A stretch of DNA of 41,622 nt from a virus. Lineage: Duplodnaviria; Caudoviricetes. Each line of letters starts with the position of its first letter. Within the stretch, counting starts at the first letter, position 1. The stretch spans positions 1 to 41,622 of IMG/VR virus record IMGVR_UViG_3300022690_001299. One strand, given 5' to 3'. The position numbers and the translations under genes were made by a program. Below the pieces are notes generated by a model, which ran no database searches, was not told the origin of the DNA, and worked only from the letters and a program-made list of their open reading frames with translations. Shown here in pieces: positions 27,137 through 35,816 of this stretch.

Positions 27137-27310
27137 TTATATTTGTTCTGATTCAACGGTGAACGAGTACCCTAACTCCCTAAGAATTGAGATATCCTCT
27201 TCAGTTAAAGTTTTTTGCTTCTTAAATTCGGCAAGTAACTTGCTTCTGTCACAATTTGGATAAATTGTTTTATTACCAAACACATTTTTGATTTTAACTT
27301 TAAGTTCCAT
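27137..27310 (-). CDS. 57-aa hypothetical phage protein (not in the ORF track)
   Basis: AAGGAG RBS; MELKVKIKNVFGNKTIYPNCDRSKLLAEFKKQKTLTEEDISILRELGYSFTVESEQI. Confidence 0.7.
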   Translation of the reverse strand: MELKVKIKNVFGNKTIYPNCDRSKLLAEFKKQKTLTEEDISILRELGYSFTVESEQI

Positions 27311-27316
27311 AGTTTT

Positions 27317-27937
27317 TTACTCCTTCGTCATGTCCTGGTTTTCAGGTTTAAAATTATTACTAAATACAGTTCCACTATTATATATCGCGCCTTTAAGGTA
27401 TGCGCCTTCAAGGTATGCGCCTTTAAGGTATGCGCCTTTAAGGTATGCGCCTTCAAGGTATGCGCCTTCAAGGTATGCGCCTTTAAGGTATGCGCCTTCA
27501 AGGTATGCGCCTTCAAGGTTTGCGCCTCTAAGGTTTGCGCCTTCAAGGTTTGCGCCTTCAAGGTATGCGCCTCTAAGGTTTGCAGATACAAGGTTTGCGC
27601 CTTCAAGGTATGCGCCTTTAAGGTCTGCGCCTTCAAGGTATGCGCTTTTAAGGTTTGCGTCTTTAAGGTATGCGCCTTCAAGGTATGCGCCTTCAAGGTA
27701 TGCGCCTTTAAGGTATGCGCCTTCAAGGTATGCACCTTCAAGGTATGCGCCTTCAAGGTATGCGCCTTTAAGGTTTGCGCCTTCAAGGCGGGCAAGTCTA
27801 AGGTTTTTATTACTTTTAATTGCGGTCTTGATTGCTTCCCCCAATTGAATAGAATACGGTGTATTTTTATACTCATCGTCTAGTTCAACAGTACATCTTA
27901 TTGAGTCTGAAAATTTCTTTTTGATTTCAAAGTTCAT
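27317..27937 (-). CDS. Pentapeptide-repeat protein B (27 repeats)
   Basis: AAGGA RBS; AYLEG/AYLKG-dominated 15-bp array at 27389-27793. Confidence 0.9.
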   Translation of the reverse strand: MNFEIKKKFSDSIRCTVELDDEYKNTPYSIQLGEAIKTAIKSNKNLRLARLEGANLKGAYLEGAYLEGAYLEGAYLKGAYLEGAYLEGAYLKDANLKSAYLEGADLKGAYLEGANLVSANLRGAYLEGANLEGANLRGANLEGAYLEGAYLKGAYLEGAYLEGAYLKGAYLKGAYLEGAYLKGAIYNSGTVFSNNFKPENQDMTKE

Positions 27938-28247
27938 AGTTTAATCCTTTATTATTAAGTGTTTAAGAAGGTGACATTCTTCTCTAATATTTCCATTAAT
28001 TCCTTAGCTTGGGCCGCACATGGGATGCGTGCGTAGAGTATCTTTGAGCGTATTTCCCTGGTAGAATATTCATCTAAATGCTGAATATAATACTCTTCAC
28101 TATCTTGAGAGATCTTACCAGCAGGGCTGAATCTGCACTAAAACTGCATTTAACCTGCAATCACAAGAAAATTCTGCACTGAACCTGCAATCGCAGAATA
28201 GTATCCTTTTGTTATTGAGTTAGTAGGGTTAATAACCCCGTAACCGG

Positions 28248-28276
28248 ACAGTACAGTAGCCCGTTAAGGGAGTCAA
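28248..28276 (-). promoter_or_regulatory. Sigma70-like promoter for the pentapeptide operon
   Basis: TTGACT-17 nt-TACTGT on the minus strand. Confidence 0.5.
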
Positions 28277-28328
28277 CACTTTTTTTAATCATCTCAAGGG
28301 ACGCTCTTGGTAGTTTTGCAACAAATAG

Positions 28329-28357
28329 TTGCTTATTATCTTTAGGTAGGATATAAT
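28329..28357 (+). promoter_or_regulatory. Sigma70-like promoter for the packaging/structural operon
   Basis: TTGCTT-17 nt-TATAAT; the -35 overlaps the palindrome GCAAC-AAATA-GTTGC. Confidence 0.55.
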
Positions 28358-28410
28358 AAAACTATTATCAATCCCTCGCCCTGTGGGGGGAGCGCAACAG
28401 GAGAATTTTA

Positions 28411-28947
28411 ATGTCTGAATATAATGGGATGGGTTATTTTGACCTCAAAAGAGAATGTGGTAAAAAAGGATTAGGTGGCAAAGGAACAGCAGCGGTGTTA
28501 AGAGCCCGTCTTAAAGGCACAGAAGAAAAGGATCAAGCATCTAAACCAGAAGTGAAAGCCATCCCTCCCCAGTCTACCGCTCCGCAAAATAATGTAGTGG
28601 ACGAAAGAAAAACCACAGTAGCTGCCTCCTCAGAAGAATTGGCTAAATTCCTTCCTACCGCGATTAACACCCCAAAAGTAGACAATTCAAGGTTTGAACC
28701 GTGGCTAACTAAAGAACGTTTAGCAGCGTTAGATAATAAACTATCTCTAATATCGGTAGGAAAGGGTAAGTTTAGATTTGATTTAGATTATAAAAAAAGT
28801 GCTTTCCAAGTCGAATTTTCTGGGAGGCCGTTAGGCTTAAACAGCACAACATTGGTTGCTACGGATGAAGCTATTCTTAAAGAAGCACGTTTTTATTTCA
28901 ACGCTAGGGTTAGTGTTGGGAAAAATGCCCAAGGAAGTCGGATATAA
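28411..28947 (+). CDS. Protein with an N-terminal SAP/HeH-like DNA-binding motif
   Basis: YFDLKRECGKKGLGGKGTAAVLRARL; AGGAG RBS. Confidence 0.6.
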   Translation: MSEYNGMGYFDLKRECGKKGLGGKGTAAVLRARLKGTEEKDQASKPEVKAIPPQSTAPQNNVVDERKTTVAASSEELAKFLPTAINTPKVDNSRFEPWLTKERLAALDNKLSLISVGKGKFRFDLDYKKSAFQVEFSGRPLGLNSTTLVATDEAILKEARFYFNARVSVGKNAQGSRI

Positions 28948-28949
28948 TT

Positions 28950-29405
28950 ATGGCTCTAACACAGAAGCAAGAAGCTTTTGTTATAAAGTACATAGAATGT
29001 GATAACGCAACTGAGGCGTATAGATGTGCCTATAATACCGAAAACATGAAAGAGCCCACAATAGGTAATAACGCTTACCAATTAATGCGCCACAACGGAA
29101 TAGCAGCGAAAATCAAAGACTTACGTGGTGCTGGTGCTAAGAAACTAGGTATAGATAGAGAATATATTACGAAGGGTATAACCGATACAATTGCTCGCGC
29201 CATACAAGATGGTGACCATTCAAATACGATGAAGGGGTACGATATGTTAGGTAAAATGTACGATTTGAATGAGGATAAACAGAACGATAGGCTTGTTTCT
29301 ATCAAGGAAAGACAAGCTTTATTTGACAATTTCAAGCAACGGTTGATGATAAATGTCACGCCAGAGGGGGATGGGAAAGAAAACGCACAGCAGGTTACCA
29401 CATGA
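28950..29405 (+). CDS. terS: Terminase small subunit
   Basis: LTQKQEAFV..YI...NATEAYRCAY...I...I..LR. Confidence 0.88.
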   Translation: MALTQKQEAFVIKYIECDNATEAYRCAYNTENMKEPTIGNNAYQLMRHNGIAAKIKDLRGAGAKKLGIDREYITKGITDTIARAIQDGDHSNTMKGYDMLGKMYDLNEDKQNDRLVSIKERQALFDNFKQRLMINVTPEGDGKENAQQVTT

Positions 29406-29707
29406 AGGAGCATACCTATTCTAACGGTTCACGATCTTGGTCCAAGCATTACGATGAAGCCGTCGGTGGCGAGTCAATTAAGTTGGCCGACGGCTCTTAT
29501 AAGGCGGGAAAGCCTGATAGGTGGTGGCGAACACGCTTGATTATTGGTGCGCGAGTCGGAGATAAATCAATTCACTTTGAGTTAAAAAGATTCAAGAAGG
29601 ACAATGCTAGTGAATGGTTAGCGCATGATGACGGAAAGGCAATGTTATTTAGCGTTACATCTAAAGAGGCGTTAGAGATAGCTGATGTGATTAGGGCCGC
29701 GGTGTGA
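29402..29707 (+). CDS. Hypothetical protein inserted after terS
   Basis: ATGA-coupled 101-aa ORF. Confidence 0.6.
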   Translation: MKEHTYSNGSRSWSKHYDEAVGGESIKLADGSYKAGKPDRWWRTRLIIGARVGDKSIHFELKRFKKDNASEWLAHDDGKAMLFSVTSKEALEIADVIRAAV

Positions 29708-29768
29708 GTGGATTCCAAGCAGCGGTTGATAGATGTTACACCCAGAGAATAAGTAAGGAGGAACAGGG

Positions 29769-30365
29769 ATGCGTAGGAGACTCACGGCATATATTTATGA
29801 AATAGTTATAAATCTTTCACGTAAGGATAAATATATTGAGGATGCGGTAATCCAATTAGGATATATGTATCCAGGCATTGCATTACATGAGATTTATGTG
29901 GCTGATGGCGTGATCCGGTACGATAACTGTGATAAAAAGAAAAAGGACATAAAATGGTACAAGAATAGCTGTCGCATTGAAAAGACACTATCCACTAATA
30001 GACACGTCCTTCCAAATGCTAAACTCAACAATGATGCTATAAAATGTCATGAAGTTTTATTAGCTGAATGCAAAAAGCATATAGAAGAGGATAAACGCTT
30101 AGACCATCTCCCTAATAAGGGACCATTTGCTATTGTAATAAGAAGAGCCCCAGACGACCATATATATGTAACGTATGATAGATATTTAGATATTTTTAGG
30201 GAGGAGCCTAATAATGCTATAAGAATACCGGTAGCTTTTGTACCTTCTGGATTTATCGAAGATTATTATCATTCTTTAAACGATAATAAAAACATAGTTC
30301 GTATGATGGAAGATAATAAGAAGAGCCCCTTTGTCAGATGTGTATCGGTCACAACTAATAGTTGA
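29769..30365 (+). CDS. Hypothetical protein
   Basis: AAGGAGG RBS; 198 aa. Confidence 0.65.
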   Translation: MRRRLTAYIYEIVINLSRKDKYIEDAVIQLGYMYPGIALHEIYVADGVIRYDNCDKKKKDIKWYKNSCRIEKTLSTNRHVLPNAKLNNDAIKCHEVLLAECKKHIEEDKRLDHLPNKGPFAIVIRRAPDDHIYVTYDRYLDIFREEPNNAIRIPVAFVPSGFIEDYYHSLNDNKNIVRMMEDNKKSPFVRCVSVTTNS

Positions 30366-31924
30366 AATGCATGAACACTATGACAGATTCCGAACTTATC
30401 GGAATGCTAACAACTGACCAAGCTTCATTTACAATGCAGTGTTTTCATACTGTAGACCCTGCCCATGAATATCTACATAATTGGCATATAGAATGCGTTA
30501 TTGAGCACCTCCAAGCTGTAGAGCGCGGGGAGATTAATCGGCTAATAATAAATATGCCACCCCGTTCCCTCAAATCTATTACAGTTTCCGTGGCATGGCC
30601 GGCTTGGTTGTTAGGCAAAAACCCCTCGACTCAAATTATCACGGCTTCTTATGGGCACGATTTATCTGTAAAGCATAGTGTTGATACACGGCTTATTATG
30701 GAAAGCGATTGGTATAAGGTAGCCTTTCCTGATACGATAATCGCACGTGACCAGAATGAAAAAAAGAAGTTTCAGACCACGAAAAGAGGACATAGAAAAG
30801 CTACGTCTGTCGGTGGCTCTGTCACAGGGGATGGAGGTGATTATCTCATTATAGATGACCCGTTAAAGCCTGATGAGGCACCGTCAGACGTTATAAGGAC
30901 GGGAACTAATGACTGGATAGACCAAACTTTTTTAACACGTGAGAACGACCCCAAAACCTCAAGGGCGTTATTGGTAATGCAACGTTTACATGAAGATGAT
31001 CCTACGGGGCACCTTTTAGAGCGCGGGGGATGGCAATTGCTTAATTTGCCGGCATATTTCGATAAGCGTATTATCATTCAAGTAAATAAAAAGAAATGGA
31101 TTTGTGAACAAGATTCTTTTCTACACGAAGCTCGGCTAGGAGAAGATGAACTAGATAAAAAGCTTAGTGAACTGGGAATGCAAGGCTTCGTCGGCCAATA
31201 TCTTCAACGCCCAACACCTGATGGTGGCGGGGAGTTTCAAGCAAGATATATTCAATATTACAATAATTTTTCACGTAAGTTCACGGCTCGGGGCATGAAT
31301 ATTTATATCTTGTACGACCCTGCCAACTCAAAAAAGAATAAAGAGAGGGTCGATCCTGACTATACAGCTATAGTTGTAGTAGGGCTAGCAACTGATAATA
31401 ATTATTATCTTCTGGATTTAGTGCGTGACCGTTTTAATCCTACTGAACGCGTCAACGCTCTAATGGATTTACATATAAAATGGGCAAAGTTGGGGGGTAA
31501 AGCCCCCGTTGTAGCTATAGAGCAGTACGGCATGATGTCGGATAGCCATTATATCAAACAGGAAATGGATGAGAGAAACTACAGGTTTAGAACAGTAGAA
31601 GTAAAAGGACAAGTCAAGAAGGAGGATAGGATACGTAGGCTTATCCCATTATTTGAGAATAATAGGGTGTATTTGCCAAGAAGTATAACTTATGATAGTA
31701 TTAACGGTGAATCACATGAATTAATAAATGCACTCATAAAAGAAGAACTTACGGTTTTTCCTGTAGGCCGGCACGATGACATGATTGATGCGTTCGCTCG
31801 TATATTGGATAAAGACCTAGACGCGCGCTTTCCTAAAATTGGAACAGTTTATCTTGAAGGCGGGCAAGTTCTTAAGGATTTGTACGCAGAAGATTTTGAC
31901 GAAGATGATATAATGACTTGGTAG
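30362..31924 (+). CDS. terL: Terminase large subunit (start may be ATG 30371 or 30380)
   Basis: INMPPRSLKS (Walker A), LIIDDP (Walker B), VMQRLH, YDPA, DYTA, HDDMIDA. Confidence 0.95.
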   Translation: MKCMNTMTDSELIGMLTTDQASFTMQCFHTVDPAHEYLHNWHIECVIEHLQAVERGEINRLIINMPPRSLKSITVSVAWPAWLLGKNPSTQIITASYGHDLSVKHSVDTRLIMESDWYKVAFPDTIIARDQNEKKKFQTTKRGHRKATSVGGSVTGDGGDYLIIDDPLKPDEAPSDVIRTGTNDWIDQTFLTRENDPKTSRALLVMQRLHEDDPTGHLLERGGWQLLNLPAYFDKRIIIQVNKKKWICEQDSFLHEARLGEDELDKKLSELGMQGFVGQYLQRPTPDGGGEFQARYIQYYNNFSRKFTARGMNIYILYDPANSKKNKERVDPDYTAIVVVGLATDNNYYLLDLVRDRFNPTERVNALMDLHIKWAKLGGKAPVVAIEQYGMMSDSHYIKQEMDERNYRFRTVEVKGQVKKEDRIRRLIPLFENNRVYLPRSITYDSINGESHELINALIKEELTVFPVGRHDDMIDAFARILDKDLDARFPKIGTVYLEGGQVLKDLYAEDFDEDDIMTW

Positions 31925-31934
31925 ATAATAAAAA

Positions 31935-34028
31935 ATGCCCTTAAAAAGTGATAAGAAACTTCTGAAACAATGGGAGAAACATAAAAAGATATCCGAAGGT
32001 TCTCTGGATGAGCAGCACTCAGAGGCAAGAAATGACCACGCTTTTCACGCTGGTGATACTATGGCGTACACGGCTACTGTTACGGATAAGAGCCGTCGCG
32101 CCATGGTGGTATTCAATAAGGTTAAGCCTTATATAGACGCTGTCACAGGTTTTATGGTCCAGCTTAGACGAAAGCCCCAATATCAAGCGCGACTTTTTGA
32201 TAATCAACAACAGCAAGAATTTTCTATATATCTCAATGCTTTATCTGATTACGCACGTGATAATGCTAATATGGATCATTTAGAAAGCCGTCAAGATAGA
32301 GAGATGTTAATCACTGGTTACGGTGCCATTGATACAAATATAATATACGAACAGAACCCAGATGGTGAGATTAAGGCTGAAAATATAGAGTTTGATGATA
32401 TATTCTGGGATCCACAGGCAAGGGAGCCTAATTTATTAGATTCGCGTTGGTGCTTTAGACGTAAGAAATTCAACCGTGATGAAGCGGTTAAACGTTTTCA
32501 AGGCACTAAGCCGGAAGATTTTGAGAGTTATAAAGGTGAGCAAACGGGTTTTGTATATAATCCTCAAGGTGGTTTGTATGATAAAATAGCTATCGGATTA
32601 GGCGTTACGGAGGAGGATTTGGTTGAGGTATATTATTATCAATATTGGGACTTACAGACTTATTACCGTGGCCGTAATCCTTTATTTGATTTAGAAGATG
32701 CTTCTGACGTTGACCAGCTCGGTAAATTAATGGAATTAATGCGTACTAGAAGGGAAGAAGCTGCGGACCCTGATGCCGTTGAGGATTATTTTGAATTTGA
32801 TCCTTTTGCTGAATTCTTAGTTATGACACCCTCTATACGTACGGATATGGAGGCGGCATTTAAGCTATTTGATGTTGATGTTGATTACCAGATACATCAA
32901 AAACGTACATATTACACTGCCGTTATCACCGGCGAGAAAATTCTCTTAAAGTTTAAATCACCAGAGCAGCAAGGTTTTACTATTAAGTTTAAGACCGGTG
33001 ATTATGACTACGAAAATGAACGCTGGTTCGGTATGGTCGCAGCCCTGAAAGAGCCGGCGCGTTATGCTAATAAAGCCCTAACAGAAATGTTATTGGTTAT
33101 AGCGTCTAATTCTAAAGGCGGTGTAATGTATGAAGAAAGTGCTGTTGAAGATCCAGCTAGGTTTGAGCAACAATGGGCTACAACTAAATCGGCTATTAAG
33201 GTAAATGACGGGGCTGTTTCGGGAGGGAGAATTACACCTAAAGCTGTTGCTTCCCTTCCCAACGGATATGAGAATATTTACGCTATTTCTTCCACGTCAA
33301 TGGGTGAAGTTACTGGAATAAATAAAGAATTCTTAGGTAATGCCCAAAGTTCACAAGTAAGCGGTTTACTGGAAAGTCAACGTATTAACCAAGTTATCAG
33401 TACGTTAGCTTGTTATTTTGATAGTATTTCTTTGTATCAAAAAGAACATGCGCGGATGATGATAACCTTTATCCGTACTTTAGCAGAGAATTCGGAGGGA
33501 AGGCTTGTTAAAATTCTAGGTGATGATGGGGCGATAAGATTTGATGAGATATCCAGTGATAAATTGGCTGAAGAATACGACGTTGATATTAGTGAGGCAC
33601 CTACTACAACTACCCAAAAACAAGAGACTACTCAATTGATGATGCAAATTGCTGATAAGTTGGCGGTGTTAGGACAAAATATTTATCCTGTGGCTATTCA
33701 ATATCTTCCTATAAAACAAGCAGATAAGCAAAAACTATTAGAGATATTACAACCTCCTGAGCCTACGCCTGAGCAACAGCAACAGCAACAAGCTATCCAA
33801 CAGATTCAACTAGAGGGGCAATTAGCTCAAATAGCCAAGACTAAAGGCGAAGCTACCCTTAAAGAAGCCCAAACTGCTAAGACTACGGCAGAGGTTCCAA
33901 AGACTGAAGCTGAAATGGATAAAACAAGGGCGGATACTTTAACGAGTTTAGCTGAGGGTGAACAAAAGAATATCGAAAATGATGTAATAAAACAAAAAGG
34001 CGTTGAAGGGGTGCAATTGGTGATATGA
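31935..34028 (+). CDS. Portal protein (P22-like)
   Basis: FNKVKP.ID.V.G, FWDP.A, YDVDISEAP, Q-rich coiled-coil C-terminus; follows terL. Confidence 0.88.
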   Translation: MPLKSDKKLLKQWEKHKKISEGSLDEQHSEARNDHAFHAGDTMAYTATVTDKSRRAMVVFNKVKPYIDAVTGFMVQLRRKPQYQARLFDNQQQQEFSIYLNALSDYARDNANMDHLESRQDREMLITGYGAIDTNIIYEQNPDGEIKAENIEFDDIFWDPQAREPNLLDSRWCFRRKKFNRDEAVKRFQGTKPEDFESYKGEQTGFVYNPQGGLYDKIAIGLGVTEEDLVEVYYYQYWDLQTYYRGRNPLFDLEDASDVDQLGKLMELMRTRREEAADPDAVEDYFEFDPFAEFLVMTPSIRTDMEAAFKLFDVDVDYQIHQKRTYYTAVITGEKILLKFKSPEQQGFTIKFKTGDYDYENERWFGMVAALKEPARYANKALTEMLLVIASNSKGGVMYEESAVEDPARFEQQWATTKSAIKVNDGAVSGGRITPKAVASLPNGYENIYAISSTSMGEVTGINKEFLGNAQSSQVSGLLESQRINQVISTLACYFDSISLYQKEHARMMITFIRTLAENSEGRLVKILGDDGAIRFDEISSDKLAEEYDVDISEAPTTTTQKQETTQLMMQIADKLAVLGQNIYPVAIQYLPIKQADKQKLLEILQPPEPTPEQQQQQQAIQQIQLEGQLAQIAKTKGEATLKEAQTAKTTAEVPKTEAEMDKTRADTLTSLAEGEQKNIENDVIKQKGVEGVQLVI

Positions 34029-34171
34029 CCACTTTAGCACAGATTAGGATTAAGATTAAAAGTGCTGAGAAAAAAGCACTTGAGAATGGCGAAGAAATTA
34101 AGGTTATAAAAAAAGAATTTAAAGAAGTTGTTAAAACTATCCTTCCCTTGAATAATAAAAAAGGAGACTAA
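34025..34171 (+). CDS. 48-aa Lys-rich protein (not in the ORF track)
   Basis: ATGA-coupled to the portal stop; MTTLAQIRIKIKSAEKKALENGEEIKVIKKEFKEVVKTILPLNNKKGD. Confidence 0.5.
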   Translation: MTTLAQIRIKIKSAEKKALENGEEIKVIKKEFKEVVKTILPLNNKKGD

Positions 34172-34174
34172 ACG

Positions 34175-34576
34175 ATGGAATTGCCGGAAAAAGACTGGGC
34201 AGAAGATACAATTAATCAAGAGATAACTATCTATATAGAGATGTTAGAAGATCTAGGATTATCTTTATACGATATAAATAAATTTATTAATTTAATAGAA
34301 GAAAAGTGTCTACGCCAGTCATATAAAATCCTGGAAGAAAAGTTGCCGGAAGGATGTGATACTATAGCAGATCTTGTTTTATTTAAGCACTTTTTCCCAG
34401 TTTATAATAGAATAACAGAGCGTCAATTTGAGGCTGATAATCATCGTTCATTAGCAGAACAAGCTATTAAAATCTCGTCTTTAGAAGAGCAAATATCATT
34501 TCTGCAAATATCAAAACAAGAAAGAGAAGTATTAGAAAGAGAAACATTAAATAATAAATTTAAAACAATTAAATAA
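34175..34576 (+). CDS. AT-rich hypothetical protein inserted before the scaffold gene
   Basis: AAGGAG RBS; 133 aa. Confidence 0.6.
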   Translation: MELPEKDWAEDTINQEITIYIEMLEDLGLSLYDINKFINLIEEKCLRQSYKILEEKLPEGCDTIADLVLFKHFFPVYNRITERQFEADNHRSLAEQAIKISSLEEQISFLQISKQEREVLERETLNNKFKTIK

Positions 34577-34591
34577 AAAAGGAGAATAAAT

Positions 34592-35590
34592 ATGGGAATT
34601 GCGGAAACCGAAAAACAAATATTAGAGGAAATAAAAGCTCTTTCAGAAGAGAAACCCTCAGATGAACGAAAATCTGAGGAGTTGTTAAAAGAAATACAAC
34701 AAGAAGAAATATCGACGGATAAAACTGAATTAGAAGAAGTTGCGGAAGTCGAAGAGGAAGTAGAGGAAGTAGAAGAAGAAGTAGAAGAAGAAGTAGAAGA
34801 AGAAGTAGAAGAAGAAGTAGAAGAAGAAGTAGAAGAGGAACCGGACAAAGAATCAGACGGTTCAAAATTTGCAAAGCTCAGGCACAAATTAAAAGATGAA
34901 CGTAAAGTCCGAGAGCGCAGGGAACAGGAGGCGCAAGAACTTCGTGAAACCGTCGCGCGCTTGCAAGGAAGAGCTGAGGGCATTCCGGCACAGGATATTC
35001 CTCCCGAGGAAATACCTGATAAAGAATTCGCACCTGAGGAATATAATGCTTGGAAGACTGATAAGTTAGAAAAGAAACTGCAAGAAATAGAAAACGCACA
35101 CGTACGTTTAAACGCGGAACGAAAATGGGATACAATGCAAACTGAGCATGCCCAGGCTAGTGCTACTTATAGTCACGCTAAAGCGTTTTTATTGGATAAT
35201 GAGACTAAAAAGATAAAAGCGGCTTACCCTACCGCTACGGAGTCGCAAATAAGCCAACATCTAAAGGAGCAAGAATATATAACTGCTGGTAATGCGGTGA
35301 GGGGAGGGCAAGATCCCTTTCAATATATTGAATTTTTAGCATTTCAGGCCGGATATCGTCCTGGAGAAGAAAAAGAAGAGATTAAAGATACTCCTAAAAA
35401 GAAACCTAATATTAAAAATATTAAGAAGAATGCTAAAAAGAATGCATCTTTAATTGGTGGTTCTTCAGCCGGCGATACAGGGGATGCAAGATCGGCGACA
35501 CAATTAGCTGCTATGGGAATGGAAGAGATGCATGAATTCGGCATTAAAAACTTTAAAACTGCAATTAAAAAGTTAGAAGCCCGAAGTTAA
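34592..35590 (+). CDS. Capsid scaffolding protein
   Basis: Acidic N-terminus, coiled coil, basic C-terminal region; between portal and capsid genes. Confidence 0.8.
   Translation: MGIAETEKQILEEIKALSEEKPSDERKSEELLKEIQQEEISTDKTELEEVAEVEEEVEEVEEEVEEEVEEEVEEEVEEEVEEEPDKESDGSKFAKLRHKLKDERKVRERREQEAQELRETVARLQGRAEGIPAQDIPPEEIPDKEFAPEEYNAWKTDKLEKKLQEIENAHVRLNAERKWDTMQTEHAQASATYSHAKAFLLDNETKKIKAAYPTATESQISQHLKEQEYITAGNAVRGGQDPFQYIEFLAFQAGYRPGEEKEEIKDTPKKKPNIKNIKKNAKKNASLIGGSSAGDTGDARSATQLAAMGMEEMHEFGIKNFKTAIKKLEARS
34750..34840 (+). repeat. 12-bp tandem repeat (GAAGAAGAAGTA)n encoding an EEEV tract
   Basis: Read directly from the sequence. Confidence 0.85.
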
Positions 35591-35816
35591 TTAAACTTCG
35601 AGTTGACATTATTTTATTTTTATGTAATACTTCAAGAATATCTTAAGAAAAGACATACTGTATCCGCCCCGCCCGGGCTGTAATAGGGTTGTAAAAAAGA
35701 CAGGAATCTTTTCTAAAGAAAACAAATTACTCACTCCACCGAAGCCGGGTAGTAATAGGGCTGTTACCGAGTAATTAACAATAACTTTTTTGTTAATTTA
35801 TTTAGGAGCAGTCGTT
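35582..35816 (+). promoter_or_regulatory. Capsid gene leader: hairpin, TTGACA promoter candidate and a duplicated 20-nt motif
   Basis: CGAAGTT-AATTA-AACTTCG; TTGACA at 35603; CCGGGnnGTAATAGGGyTGT at 35673 and 35745. Confidence 0.45.

Noticed and set aside
26576-27793. Diversity-generating retroelement: many repeat variants look like A-to-N changes of AAC/AAA codons (TAC, GAC, TGC, GGC)
   Set aside because: No reverse transcriptase or noncoding template repeat is present in the complete genome, and some variants (TCT, TTT) are not adenine-specific. Slippage or conversion is simpler.
26295-27876. Long overlapping ORFs (RFAPS, KVCAF and LKAQT repeats)
   Set aside because: They are shadow frames of stop-free 15-bp arrays and lack credible RBS or unique domains.
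34441-34983. Poly-Leu and poly-Ser ORFs on the minus strand
   Set aside because: They are antisense shadows of the scaffold EEEV repeat.
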